A DNA stretch of 64,000 nucleotides from Candidatus Altimarinota bacterium. Its GTDB lineage: Bacteria > Patescibacteriota > Gracilibacteria > CAIRYL01 > GCA-016699755. Positions 37,105-46,172 of the stretch are shown here, one piece after another. The translations under genes and the position numbers were made by a program. The stretch lies in assembly GCA_963664295.1 (NCBI GenBank), contig OY760935.1, positions 480,001 to 544,000 on the forward strand, given 5' to 3'. Position 1 is the first letter of the stretch. Each line of letters opens with the position of its first letter. Under the pieces are notes generated by a model. The model was given only the letters and a program-made list of their open reading frames with translations. It made no database searches and was not told where the DNA came from.

Positions 37105-37289
37105 TTAATTTTTTAAAAAAATTTAAAACAATAAAAAATTACCTGAAATCATTCTTTTTGTAAAATTTTGACTTAATTTTTTGAACAAAAAATTTATACA
37201 AAAATACTATATTTACCTTATTTATGAAGTCTTCATGAAACTATTGACTTTATATTGTTTTAGTGTTAAATTACTAATCCTTCAAATCA

Positions 37290-38045
37290 ATGAAAAAACT
37301 AATTATAATTCTCATTGGCCTAATTACAATCTCCCTTACAACAGAAGCAAAAGCTCCCTGTGAATATGTTTTATATCCTTCTGCTAAAGAAGAGCTTGCT
37401 ATTAAAGACAAAGAAGAAATTGAAGAAAAAACTTGTAAAATTGAAGCAGATTTGTCAATTCTACCAACTAAGCAAGAAATTGTTTTTAAAGAAGTTATAG
37501 AAATTTATGGTTGTGAAAAAATTCAATCTTTAAAAACTTTAGAAATTTATGACAATGAAGACTTGCCACGAGCTTTAGCAGGCGCTAGCATTGTTAAGCT
37601 CAGAGAGGATATTTTCAAAAAAGATGAATTTAAAAATATTCTTATTCACGAACTAGCTCATGTTGTTGATTTAGGTTATTTTCGAGGATCACCTGCAAAA
37701 GGTGAAAGTGATTTCGTAGATGGCTCTTTGCCTATTTTTAAAGGTGATTTAAGTTTAGATTTTTATAAAATCTCTTGGGTAAATAGCGAAGAACTAAGAG
37801 AAGATGCTAATGAACTGGATTTTGTCACAGGTTATGCAATGACTGACCCTTTTGAGGACTTCGCAGAAAGCACTCTTTATTACATAAGTCATAATCGAGA
37901 ATTTAGAATCCTGACTAACAACAATAAAGCACTTGAAAAAAAGTATAACTTTATTCGTTTGTATGTTTTTGAAGGAAAAATTTTTAACACTGGCAATAAC
38001 TTTGTTGATATCAACAATCGAGAGTGGGATGCCACTAAGATTTAA
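37290..38045 (+). CDS. Secreted zinc metallopeptidase (HExxH)
   Basis: Signal peptide; IHELAHVVD; FVTGYAMTDPFEDFAES. Confidence 0.8.
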   Translation: MKKLIIILIGLITISLTTEAKAPCEYVLYPSAKEELAIKDKEEIEEKTCKIEADLSILPTKQEIVFKEVIEIYGCEKIQSLKTLEIYDNEDLPRALAGASIVKLREDIFKKDEFKNILIHELAHVVDLGYFRGSPAKGESDFVDGSLPIFKGDLSLDFYKISWVNSEELREDANELDFVTGYAMTDPFEDFAESTLYYISHNREFRILTNNNKALEKKYNFIRLYVFEGKIFNTGNNFVDINNREWDATKI

Positions 38046-38067
38046 ATAAGATTTATTTTACTATATG

Positions 38068-38508
38068 TGTCATTGCGGACTACGACCCATTTTTCGCCCT
38101 TACCGGGCTTCAAGGGGCAAGTCCGCAATCTCCGCTCAAGACCTGTCTTAAGTGTTCCCCTGCTGTCATTCTGAGCGGAGCGAAGAATCTCCTTGTCCAT
38201 TGGCTCAAGTCCTGTCTTGGGCAATTCAACAGTAATGACAACGGGAGATCCTGAATCGAGTTCAGGATGACAGAAAAAAGAGACAGGAGGTGGTCATTGC
38301 GGACTTGATCCGCAATCTCCTTATCCATGTGCTCAAGTCCTGTCTTAGGTGGTTCAACAGTAAAGATCCTTCGCTTCGCTATGCTCACTCAGGATGAAAA
38401 ATAAAGGAGCTCACTCAAGATGACAAAAAAAGAGGGTGATAAAAAAAGGGCAGAACGACAAAATACAAATTACTTCGTCGTCCGCCTTTGGCGAACTTCT
38501 AATGATAA
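38068..38508. repeat. Cluster of REP-like palindromic repeats (GTCAT...ATCTC type)
   Basis: gtcattgcggact..agtccgcaatctc; gtcattctgagcggagcgaagaatctc; gagatcctgaatcgagttcaggatgac; gtcattgcggacttgatccgcaatctc; three gctcaagWcctgtctt units. Confidence 0.85.
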
Positions 38509-38526
38509 TAAAATCAAAAACATAAC

Positions 38527-38555
38527 AAAAAGACAGGCTCGAAAACCTGTCTTTT
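38527..38555. terminator. Intrinsic terminator downstream of hppA
   Basis: aaaagacagg-ctcgaaaa-cctgtctttt. Confidence 0.75.
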
Positions 38556-38580
38556 ATTTTTACTAAATTTAAACAATCTC

Positions 38581-40572
38581 TTAACTAATAACTAAAGATC
38601 CAGCAATAATCACTGCAATAGTATTTATAACTTTAATCAAAGCATTGATAGCAGGACCTGCAGTGTCTTTAAATGGATCACCAACAGTATCACCAACTAC
38701 AGCGGCCTTGTGAGCATCTGAACCTTTTCCGCCGTGATTACCATCTTCAATATATTTCTTAGCATTATCCCAAGTAGCACCACCATTTGCCATTTGAATA
38801 GCAACAAGTAAACCAGAAACAATAACACCAACTAATAATCCACCAAGAGCGTAAGGCCCAATAAGGAAACCAACTAAAAGCGGAGCAACAACTGCTAAAA
38901 GACCAGGCATAATCATTTCTTTTAATGCAGCGCCAGTGACTATAGAAACAGCATTACCATATTCAGGCTTGCCTTTTCCTTCCATAATTCCTGGAATTTC
39001 TTTGAACTGTCTGCGAACCTCTTGTACAACTTTGTGAGCAGCGCGACCAACAGCTTTCATACACATAGCAGAAAACAAGAAAGGAAGCAAAGCTCCAATC
39101 AATAATCCAACTAATACTTTTGGATCAGAAAGTTCAAATGTTAACTCAGCACCTAAAGCATAAGTATAGTCTTGGAATAATACCAAAGCAGCCAAAACAG
39201 CAGAACCAATAGCATAACCTTTTGTCACTGCTTTTGTTGTATTACCAACTGCATCAAGTGCATCTGTGTTTTTGCGAACATTTTCAGGCAATCCGCTCAT
39301 TTCTGCAATACCACCAGCATTGTCTGTAATAGGACCATAAGAATCCATGGCAATAATAATACCAGTAGTAGAAAGCAAAGAAACCGCAGAAATAGCAATT
39401 CCATATAAACCACCAAGAGCATGGGCTCCTAAAATAGCACCAACTAAAACCAAAACAATTGGGAAAGTGCTTTCCAAACCAACAGCAAGACCAATAATAA
39501 CATTAGTTCCTGCACCGGTTTCAGATGCCTTAGCTGTATCGCGAACAGGTTTATACTCTGTTGAAGTATAATATTCAGTAATCATAATAATAAGAGCAGT
39601 AGCACCAATACCAACAAGAGATGCATAAAACAAATTCATGTCAACTTCCATATAACGAGTGACAGCATAAAAACCACCAATTGCAAGAACAGCAGTGGCG
39701 ATCAAGCCTTTATACAAAGCAGCCATAATATTGCCACTTTTACCAAGGCGAACAAAATAAACACCAATAATAGAAGCAATAATAGCAACTGAACCAAGAA
39801 CAAGCGGATACATAATCAAGCATTCAGATAATCCAGTCACTGAGGCTAGCATCATTGATGCAATCAAAGTGACAGCATAAGTCTCGAAAAGATCAGCACC
39901 CATACCAGCACAATCTCCAACATTATCACCAACATTGTCAGCAATAACAGCAGGGTTGCGTGGGTCATCTTCTGGAATACCGGCTTCTACTTTACCAACA
40001 AGGTCAGCACCCACATCAGCAGCTTTTGTAAAAATACCACCACCAACACGAGCAAAAAGAGAAACCAAGCTAGCACCAAAGCCAAATCCAACCAATTCAT
40101 GAGGAATATCAACAAGCTCAAGCCCCATTTTGTTGAAAATTAAAAAAGTACCAGCAATACCAAGAACAGAAAGACCAACAACAGCCAATCCTGTCACACT
40201 TCCTCCACGAAAAGCAATATTTAATGCTTTTGAAAGAGAGTCCTTGGCAGCCTCTGCAGTACGCACATTAGCACGAACAGAAACTTTCATGCCGATAATA
40301 CCCGCAAGAGCGGAAAGTATAGCGCCTGCCAAAAACCCTGAAGCCATGTAGAAATTAATACCAAATCCAATGGCAAAAAAGAGTAATACAGCAAAAACGC
40401 CGATCACAGAAAATTGACGGAGCATGTAAGCATCCGCACCCTCAGAAATAGCACCGGCAATTTCTTTCATCTTGTCATCACCTGCACTTTTTTTGAGTAT
40501 ACTTACGGTGAAAAAGATCGCAAAAAGCAATGCGAGAGCTCCAACACCGATTGCAACAACTACGTTTTCCAT
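38581..40572 (-). CDS. hppA: Membrane-bound ion-pumping pyrophosphatase, K+-independent signature
   Basis: [46 protein letters not shown]. Confidence 0.97.
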   Translation of the reverse strand: MENVVVAIGVGALALLFAIFFTVSILKKSAGDDKMKEIAGAISEGADAYMLRQFSVIGVFAVLLFFAIGFGINFYMASGFLAGAILSALAGIIGMKVSVRANVRTAEAAKDSLSKALNIAFRGGSVTGLAVVGLSVLGIAGTFLIFNKMGLELVDIPHELVGFGFGASLVSLFARVGGGIFTKAADVGADLVGKVEAGIPEDDPRNPAVIADNVGDNVGDCAGMGADLFETYAVTLIASMMLASVTGLSECLIMYPLVLGSVAIIASIIGVYFVRLGKSGNIMAALYKGLIATAVLAIGGFYAVTRYMEVDMNLFYASLVGIGATALIIMITEYYTSTEYKPVRDTAKASETGAGTNVIIGLAVGLESTFPIVLVLVGAILGAHALGGLYGIAISAVSLLSTTGIIIAMDSYGPITDNAGGIAEMSGLPENVRKNTDALDAVGNTTKAVTKGYAIGSAVLAALVLFQDYTYALGAELTFELSDPKVLVGLLIGALLPFLFSAMCMKAVGRAAHKVVQEVRRQFKEIPGIMEGKGKPEYGNAVSIVTGAALKEMIMPGLLAVVAPLLVGFLIGPYALGGLLVGVIVSGLLVAIQMANGGATWDNAKKYIEDGNHGGKGSDAHKAAVVGDTVGDPFKDTAGPAINALIKVINTIAVIIAGSLVIS

Positions 40573-40689
40573 AGAAAAACAAAAAAATCAGCAGTAAGTT
40601 TGCCATAATTTTGCATATCTGCAAAGGCTTTAATATTGAGAAGAGCTAAAAATGTGCTAAAATATGCGCACTCTAACCTTTGAACATAA

Positions 40690-41229
40690 ATGAAAGAATG
40701 TAAGAACCTTTTTCACCTTGTCTCTCCTGGAGATAATGCACCAAAAGAAATTAATGTTTTAATTGAAATTTCCCGTGGTAGCAGGACGAAATATGAATAC
40801 AATAAAGATTTTGGAATAATTGAAGTTGATCGCATTTTGCACACACCAATTCCCTACCCTTTTTCTTATGGACTTATTCCGCAAACCTGGAATGATTACG
40901 ACCATGATCCTCTTGATGTTATTGTGGTTTGTAGTGAGCCTTTAATGCCTGAGGCTATGGTCAAGTGTCGTGTTATTGGTATGATTTCTGTTGATGATAA
41001 CGGCGAGCGTGATGACAAAATACTTACTGTTGTTTCCAGCGATCCTTACCATGAACATGTTGAGTGTTTTAATGACTTAACTATTAAAGAACGCGAAGAT
41101 ATGGTTTATTTTATGGAGCATTATAAAGATCTTGAAGAAAAAGAAGTAAAAATTCTTGGCTGGGAAAACAGCAAAAAAGCTCAAGAGTTTATTAACGAAT
41201 GTCTTGAAGTTTATAAGAAAAAATTTTAA
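40690..41229 (+). CDS. ppa: Soluble inorganic pyrophosphatase (family I)
   Basis: IEI.RGSRTKYE, DRIL, YG.IPQT, DHDPLDV, DDKI, YKDLE. Confidence 0.95.
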   Translation: MKECKNLFHLVSPGDNAPKEINVLIEISRGSRTKYEYNKDFGIIEVDRILHTPIPYPFSYGLIPQTWNDYDHDPLDVIVVCSEPLMPEAMVKCRVIGMISVDDNGERDDKILTVVSSDPYHEHVECFNDLTIKEREDMVYFMEHYKDLEEKEVKILGWENSKKAQEFINECLEVYKKKF

Positions 41230-41241
41230 AAAAAATTGTTT

Positions 41242-41841
41242 CTATTCCCAAGGATCCCAATCTTGATTAATAATTCTCTCGTCCTCAACAATAGGATGAT
41301 CTCCTTTTTTAACCATTTCCAAAAGTCGTTCAACCAATTTTTCTGGATTATCGTCAAAAATAATCCTATTTCCAAGTTCACGATGACAAAGTTCAACAAT
41401 ATGTGGGATATTATCAGAAATACCATCAGTTCCAGTTAAAACCCCAATATATTTTCCTTCATCAAAAGCTACAGTAAACTCATTAAGTGTGCCAATTCCG
41501 CCACCAACTGTAATAATCGCATCAGATGAGCGAATATTAACAATATCACGCTCCATCAAGCCCATACCAGTATATAAAATAATGTCATAATTTTTAACTG
41601 GAGAAAGAAATTTCTCTACATGCTCACGAACAGAAAAAGCAGGAGAAATACCCAAAACAAAACCACCTGATTGCCTTGCTCCCCTAGCCGCATCATCTGG
41701 CAAACCAGGACAAGCACCATTAACAAGAATGCAATTATTTTTTGCAATTGCAATACCAAGTTTTTCTGCTTTTTTAATGTTTTCCTGTGCCATAATCGCC
41801 GGCCCTTGAGCAGAGCCCATAACCCCAATTTTTATTTTCAT
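41242..41841 (-). CDS. LOG/TIGR00725-like Rossmann-fold protein
   Basis: IGVMGS, GACPGLP, ERD..NIRSSDA, GGGIGTLNEF. Confidence 0.85.
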   Translation of the reverse strand: MKIKIGVMGSAQGPAIMAQENIKKAEKLGIAIAKNNCILVNGACPGLPDDAARGARQSGGFVLGISPAFSVREHVEKFLSPVKNYDIILYTGMGLMERDIVNIRSSDAIITVGGGIGTLNEFTVAFDEGKYIGVLTGTDGISDNIPHIVELCHRELGNRIIFDDNPEKLVERLLEMVKKGDHPIVEDERIINQDWDPWE

Positions 41842-41895
41842 TATTTATTTTATAACTCTATATATTTTGACATAAAATAAGCTAAATCTCAAGTC

Positions 41896-42453
41896 TTATT
41901 CTTCTTCAAAATTCTCAGCTGTAAATTTTTTCACATCTAATTCGCCAAAACGCCAAAAATTACCCTCAAAACCTGCTTTTAAACATAATTCTGTTAAAAA
42001 ATTTTCTTTTTTAGGAATTTTTTCCCAAACTTGTGGCAAAAAAACTGCTCTATAAGGACCACTTTCAATAATAATTCCCATTGTAGAGTTAATTTTTTTC
42101 AAAAGATCTTCTGCGTCCTCATAAGGTAATCTTTCCGGCTTAGATAACAAAGAAATTTCTATTTTTATTTCTGATAATTCTTTTTTTTCAAGTGGTTTAA
42201 AGCGAGGATCTTTAAAGCCAGCAGAAACAGCGTTTTCAACTACATCAAAATACATTTCTTGCACTGGTAATATATGTCCTATGCAACCTCTAAGTCGCCC
42301 ATTTTTTGTCAAAGTCACAAAAACAGCCCTATGTTCCTTAAAAATTGGATCTTCAACTTTTATATCAGTAATATTTTCTGTTTTATAAAGAACAGTTTTA
42401 ATTGATTCTCTGGCGAGATTTAAAAGAAATTTTTGCTGTTTTTTATTAAGCAT
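41896..42453 (-). CDS. amrA: AmmeMemoRadiSam protein A (AMMECR1 family; start MLNKK at 42453)
   Basis: AVFVTL...LRGCIG, DPRF.PL...EL, FLPQVWE, LCLKAG. Confidence 0.93.
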   Translation of the reverse strand: MLNKKQQKFLLNLARESIKTVLYKTENITDIKVEDPIFKEHRAVFVTLTKNGRLRGCIGHILPVQEMYFDVVENAVSAGFKDPRFKPLEKKELSEIKIEISLLSKPERLPYEDAEDLLKKINSTMGIIIESGPYRAVFLPQVWEKIPKKENFLTELCLKAGFEGNFWRFGELDVKKFTAENFEEE

Positions 42454-42463
42454 ATATAGTGAA

Positions 42464-43219
42464 TTAAAATACTGCAAAACTAGCATAACCAACAACTGAG
42501 CTCATGTCTCCTCCTGTTTGTCCTGAATGCTTATAATCAAGTAATTTTATTGATTTTGCAAGTCGCATTGCTGTTTTTATTGGCACATGCCCACAAGCAT
42601 CAATAATATTTTCATTTTGTAAATCACGACCTAATATTACCTCTATTGTGTCTCTGTCTACTATTTCTGCTTCTTCTGCTGGCAAAAAATGAGACAAATC
42701 AGTAGAAAAAACAAATAAACATTCCTCATTCTCAAAATAGGGCTTGAGTATTTCTTTTAAATAATCAGGGCTTATGCTTCCGCACAAAATTGGAACTATC
42801 TTAAAACTTTTTAAAACTTGTTGCAAAAATGGAAGTTGCACCTCAATAGAATGCTCTTTTTCATGTGCTTCTAATACAAATTCAAAAGGTAATTTTTTGA
42901 TAACTTCTAAATCCACTGGCACATCGCCTAAAGGACTTTCATAAAAATCATAAGCACCAACAGAAACAGATATTGGATATCTATGGGCTGGAGCAAGCAA
43001 GAAAACTGTTTTTTTTTGACCTGCAAATTGCTCAAATTGCTTAAATCCCTTCATTGCAACTTTTCCAGAATATCTATAACCTGCATGAGGCACTATAATT
43101 CCTCTAATTTTCTTAAATTGACAATCTTTTGCTGTTGCGAGTAAACCTTGAGTATAATCATCAAGATCTTCGTATTCTGCTGGATAAAATGCGCCTTTTA
43201 CAGCTGATTTTCTTTTCAT
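42464..43219 (-). CDS. amrB: AmmeMemoRadiSam protein B (MEMO1 family)
   Basis: G.FYP, VPHAGYRYSG, EHSIEVQLPFLQ, STDLSHF, ACG, VVGYAS. Confidence 0.93.
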   Translation of the reverse strand: MKRKSAVKGAFYPAEYEDLDDYTQGLLATAKDCQFKKIRGIIVPHAGYRYSGKVAMKGFKQFEQFAGQKKTVFLLAPAHRYPISVSVGAYDFYESPLGDVPVDLEVIKKLPFEFVLEAHEKEHSIEVQLPFLQQVLKSFKIVPILCGSISPDYLKEILKPYFENEECLFVFSTDLSHFLPAEEAEIVDRDTIEVILGRDLQNENIIDACGHVPIKTAMRLAKSIKLLDYKHSGQTGGDMSSVVGYASFAVF

Positions 43220-43224
43220 AAAAA

Positions 43225-44250
43225 TTAAAAAACACCTGTTAAAATTTGTTCACAATAAGGGCATTTGTTTTTATCTTTTAGTTTATTTTTAATAATATAA
43301 CGCTCTCTTTCGATTATAATTTTCCCACAATTTGTACAATAAGTGCTTTCTTTGTGATAATTATCAACATTTCCTAAATAAACATAGTTTAATCCTGCTT
43401 TTTTTCCTATTTGATAAGCTTTTTCAAGAGTTTTAAGTGGAGTTGGAGGTGCATTATAAAAATAATTTGGAAAATAACGAGAAATATGCCAAGGAATATT
43501 TTTATCAATTGAGGCAATAAACTCTGCTATATTTTTTATTTCTTTTTCAGAATCATTTGTTTCTGTAATTAGCAATGTTGTTATTTCTAACCAAACTTTG
43601 CTTTTCGCTAATAATTTTATATTTTTTTTAACTGGCTCCAAACTTCCTCCGCAAAATTCTTGATAAAATTCTTCTGTAAAACCTTTAAGATCAATATTAG
43701 CTCCGTCAAGATATGGTTCCCATTTTTCCAAAACCTCTTCGCTCATATAACCATTTGAAACAATTACATTTTTTATGCCTGCTTTATGAGCCAATTTGCA
43801 GGTATCATAAGCATATTCAAAAAAAATACTTGGTTCATTGTAAGTATAAGCAATTATCTGAATATTATTTTCTTTGCAAAATTTTATAATTTTCTCTGGA
43901 GACCAATCTTGACCAATAGGATTACTGTTTCTCATTTTATACTGAGAAATATCCCAATTTTGACAAAATTTACACCTAAAATTACAAGCAATAGTGCCAA
44001 AAGAAAAAACTCTTTCCTGAGGATAAAAATGAAAAAATGGCTTTTTTTCTATTGGGTCTATATGAACAGCAATTGCTTTGCCATAAATTGCTAATTTTAA
44101 ATCCCCTTTTTTGTTTCTGCGCACACTACAAAAACCCACTCCGCCTTCTGGTATCTTGCAAAAATGATTACAAACTCGGCACTCAACTACATTATCATTG
44201 AGTTTTTTTGACATCCAAGCCTTATTAGTTGGCTCTTTTTGTAAGGTCAA
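43225..44250 (-). CDS. amrS: AmmeMemoRadiSam radical SAM enzyme
   Basis: DPIEKKP, CNFRCKFCQNW, YTYNEP, YVYLGN; adjacent to amrB/amrA. Confidence 0.95.
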   Translation of the reverse strand: MTLQKEPTNKAWMSKKLNDNVVECRVCNHFCKIPEGGVGFCSVRRNKKGDLKLAIYGKAIAVHIDPIEKKPFFHFYPQERVFSFGTIACNFRCKFCQNWDISQYKMRNSNPIGQDWSPEKIIKFCKENNIQIIAYTYNEPSIFFEYAYDTCKLAHKAGIKNVIVSNGYMSEEVLEKWEPYLDGANIDLKGFTEEFYQEFCGGSLEPVKKNIKLLAKSKVWLEITTLLITETNDSEKEIKNIAEFIASIDKNIPWHISRYFPNYFYNAPPTPLKTLEKAYQIGKKAGLNYVYLGNVDNYHKESTYCTNCGKIIIERERYIIKNKLKDKNKCPYCEQILTGVF

Positions 44251-45055
44251 TTTCTCCAGAAAAGACTATTTTAGCTTCACCTAGCATTTTAAAGGAATTT
44301 TTATTTTTATCCCAATAAATTTTTAAATCACCACCTTTTAGGTGAACAATAATCCATTCATTTGATAAAACATGATTATTTTTTATAGCTCCAGCAACAG
44401 AAGCAGTAGCACCAGTACCACAGGCTAAGGTCTCCCCTGCTCCCCTTTCCCAAACACGCATTTTAATTTCTTTATTAGAAACAATTTCAACAAACTCAGT
44501 ATTTATACGATTAGGAAAAATAGATAAATTTTCAATCATAGAGCCATATTTTTTAATAGGAAATTCATCAAGATTATCAACAAAAATAACTGCATGAGGA
44601 TTTCCCACGCTCACACAAGTTATTTTTAATTTTTTATCAATAATTTCTATTTCACGATCTATAAAATCATCAGGAAAGTCAGCAATGTCTCTAAAATAAG
44701 CGCCTCCCATGTCAATTTGTACAAAGTTTTCTTTTACAATTTCTGCTTTTTTAATGCTAGCAAGAGTTTCTATTGAATGAATATTTTCTTTTTTTACACC
44801 TTGATCTTGAGCAAAAACAGCAATAGCACGAGCACCATTGCCACACATCTCAACCTCACTACCATCAGAATTTAAAATACGCATAAAATAATCTGCTTTT
44901 TCACTTGGTTCTAATATAAGAATTTGATCAGCACCAATTCCAAAATTCCTATCACAAAGAAAAATTGCTTGCTCCTTGGTAATTTTAATTTTTTTATCTA
45001 AATTATTAATAACAACAAAATCATTACCAAGTCCCTGCATTTTCCAGAACTTCAT
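44225..45055 (-). CDS. dapF: Diaminopimelate epimerase
   Basis: KMQGLGNDF, EMCGNGAR, GNPHAV, RVWERGAGETLACGTG. Confidence 0.97.
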   Translation of the reverse strand: MKFWKMQGLGNDFVVINNLDKKIKITKEQAIFLCDRNFGIGADQILILEPSEKADYFMRILNSDGSEVEMCGNGARAIAVFAQDQGVKKENIHSIETLASIKKAEIVKENFVQIDMGGAYFRDIADFPDDFIDREIEIIDKKLKITCVSVGNPHAVIFVDNLDEFPIKKYGSMIENLSIFPNRINTEFVEIVSNKEIKMRVWERGAGETLACGTGATASVAGAIKNNHVLSNEWIIVHLKGGDLKIYWDKNKNSFKMLGEAKIVFSGEIDLTKRAN

Positions 45056-45073
45056 ATTAAAAAAAATAAATTT

Positions 45074-46105
45074 TTATTTAACTTTTCCTTTTGCAGAAAG
45101 AATTATCGCAATTGGACGAGTGGAATTAAACTTTGCCAAAATAATATTGATAATCACCATAATAGGCACACACAAAAACATGCCCAAGATACCCCAAATC
45201 TTTCCCCAAAGAGCAAGTGAAAGAATAATTACCAATGGGCTCAAATTAAGCGATTTACCCATCAAGCGCGGATCAAGAATACTGCCAACTCCAATTTGAA
45301 TTGCTGTTAAAAAAACCAACAAAATTATAAATGGATAAATAGTGTCAAATTGCACCAATGAAAGGGTGACTGGAAAAAGCACAGCAACAATCGAGCCAAT
45401 AGTTGGGATATAATTAAGAAAAAATATTAACAAACCCCAAAAAGGCGCAAAATCAACACCCACAATAAGTAAAACAATATAACTAAGCATTGCTGTTAAA
45501 AAACTAACAAATGTTTTTATTTTTACATAAGTTTTAATGTCTTGATTAACATTTTCAATTGTTTTTTGCACACGATTATAACTTGTTTTGTTTGGCAACA
45601 ATGCTCTTAATTTATTTTCAAAAGTATGAGATTCGAGCAAAATTAAAATCAAATACACTGTAATCATTGCTGTTAAGCCAGCAATAGAGGAAATAGTTGA
45701 TGCTAAAGATGACAAAGTAGAAGTAAAATCAATTGAAGATAAAACCTCTCTTAATTGAGGAACTTCGGGAATATTAAACTTTTCACAAAATCCAAGAATA
45801 ATATTTTGTAATTTAACCTGATAAAAAGGAGCTTCTTGAATCAATTTATTAATATTGCTATCAATAATCATTATTAAAAACCAAATCACAAGTCCCATTG
45901 TGATAAACGAAAAAAACATTGCCACCGCCCAAGGTGTATTTTTTCCAAATATTTTCAAGCGAGCATATTCTGTGGCAATTGTTTTAACCAAGTACCAAAT
46001 TACAATACTAATAATAATTGGCACAAAAAAAGCTTTGCCAATTGCTAAGACATAAAAAGATATGACCAGCAAAGCAGATACTAGCGTTATATTTAATAAT
46101 TTCAT
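45074..46105 (-). CDS. AI-2E family transporter
   Basis: LNYIPTIGS, PRLMGKSLNLSP, WG.IWGILGMFLCVP. Confidence 0.9.
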   Translation of the reverse strand: MKLLNITLVSALLVISFYVLAIGKAFFVPIIISIVIWYLVKTIATEYARLKIFGKNTPWAVAMFFSFITMGLVIWFLIMIIDSNINKLIQEAPFYQVKLQNIILGFCEKFNIPEVPQLREVLSSIDFTSTLSSLASTISSIAGLTAMITVYLILILLESHTFENKLRALLPNKTSYNRVQKTIENVNQDIKTYVKIKTFVSFLTAMLSYIVLLIVGVDFAPFWGLLIFFLNYIPTIGSIVAVLFPVTLSLVQFDTIYPFIILLVFLTAIQIGVGSILDPRLMGKSLNLSPLVIILSLALWGKIWGILGMFLCVPIMVIINIILAKFNSTRPIAIILSAKGKVK

Positions 46106-46172
46106 ATAAATAATAATAAGCGTAGTATTAATTTAACTTTTTATTATTATAGGGTCAATAAATTGACAACTA

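Noticed and set aside
38134-38350. Mini-CRISPR from the three gctcaagWcctgtctt repeats
   Set aside because: Spacing is irregular (about 69 and 128 nt) and the intervening sequences are themselves repeats
38042-38388. ORFs 38042-38224 and 38110-38388
   Set aside because: Translations of REP-like palindromes (ILRSAQND, IADQVRND, VILNSIQDL); no evidence of real genes
41896-44250. amrS-amrB-amrA as a novel system
   Set aside because: Already described as the AmmeMemoRadiSam system and widespread
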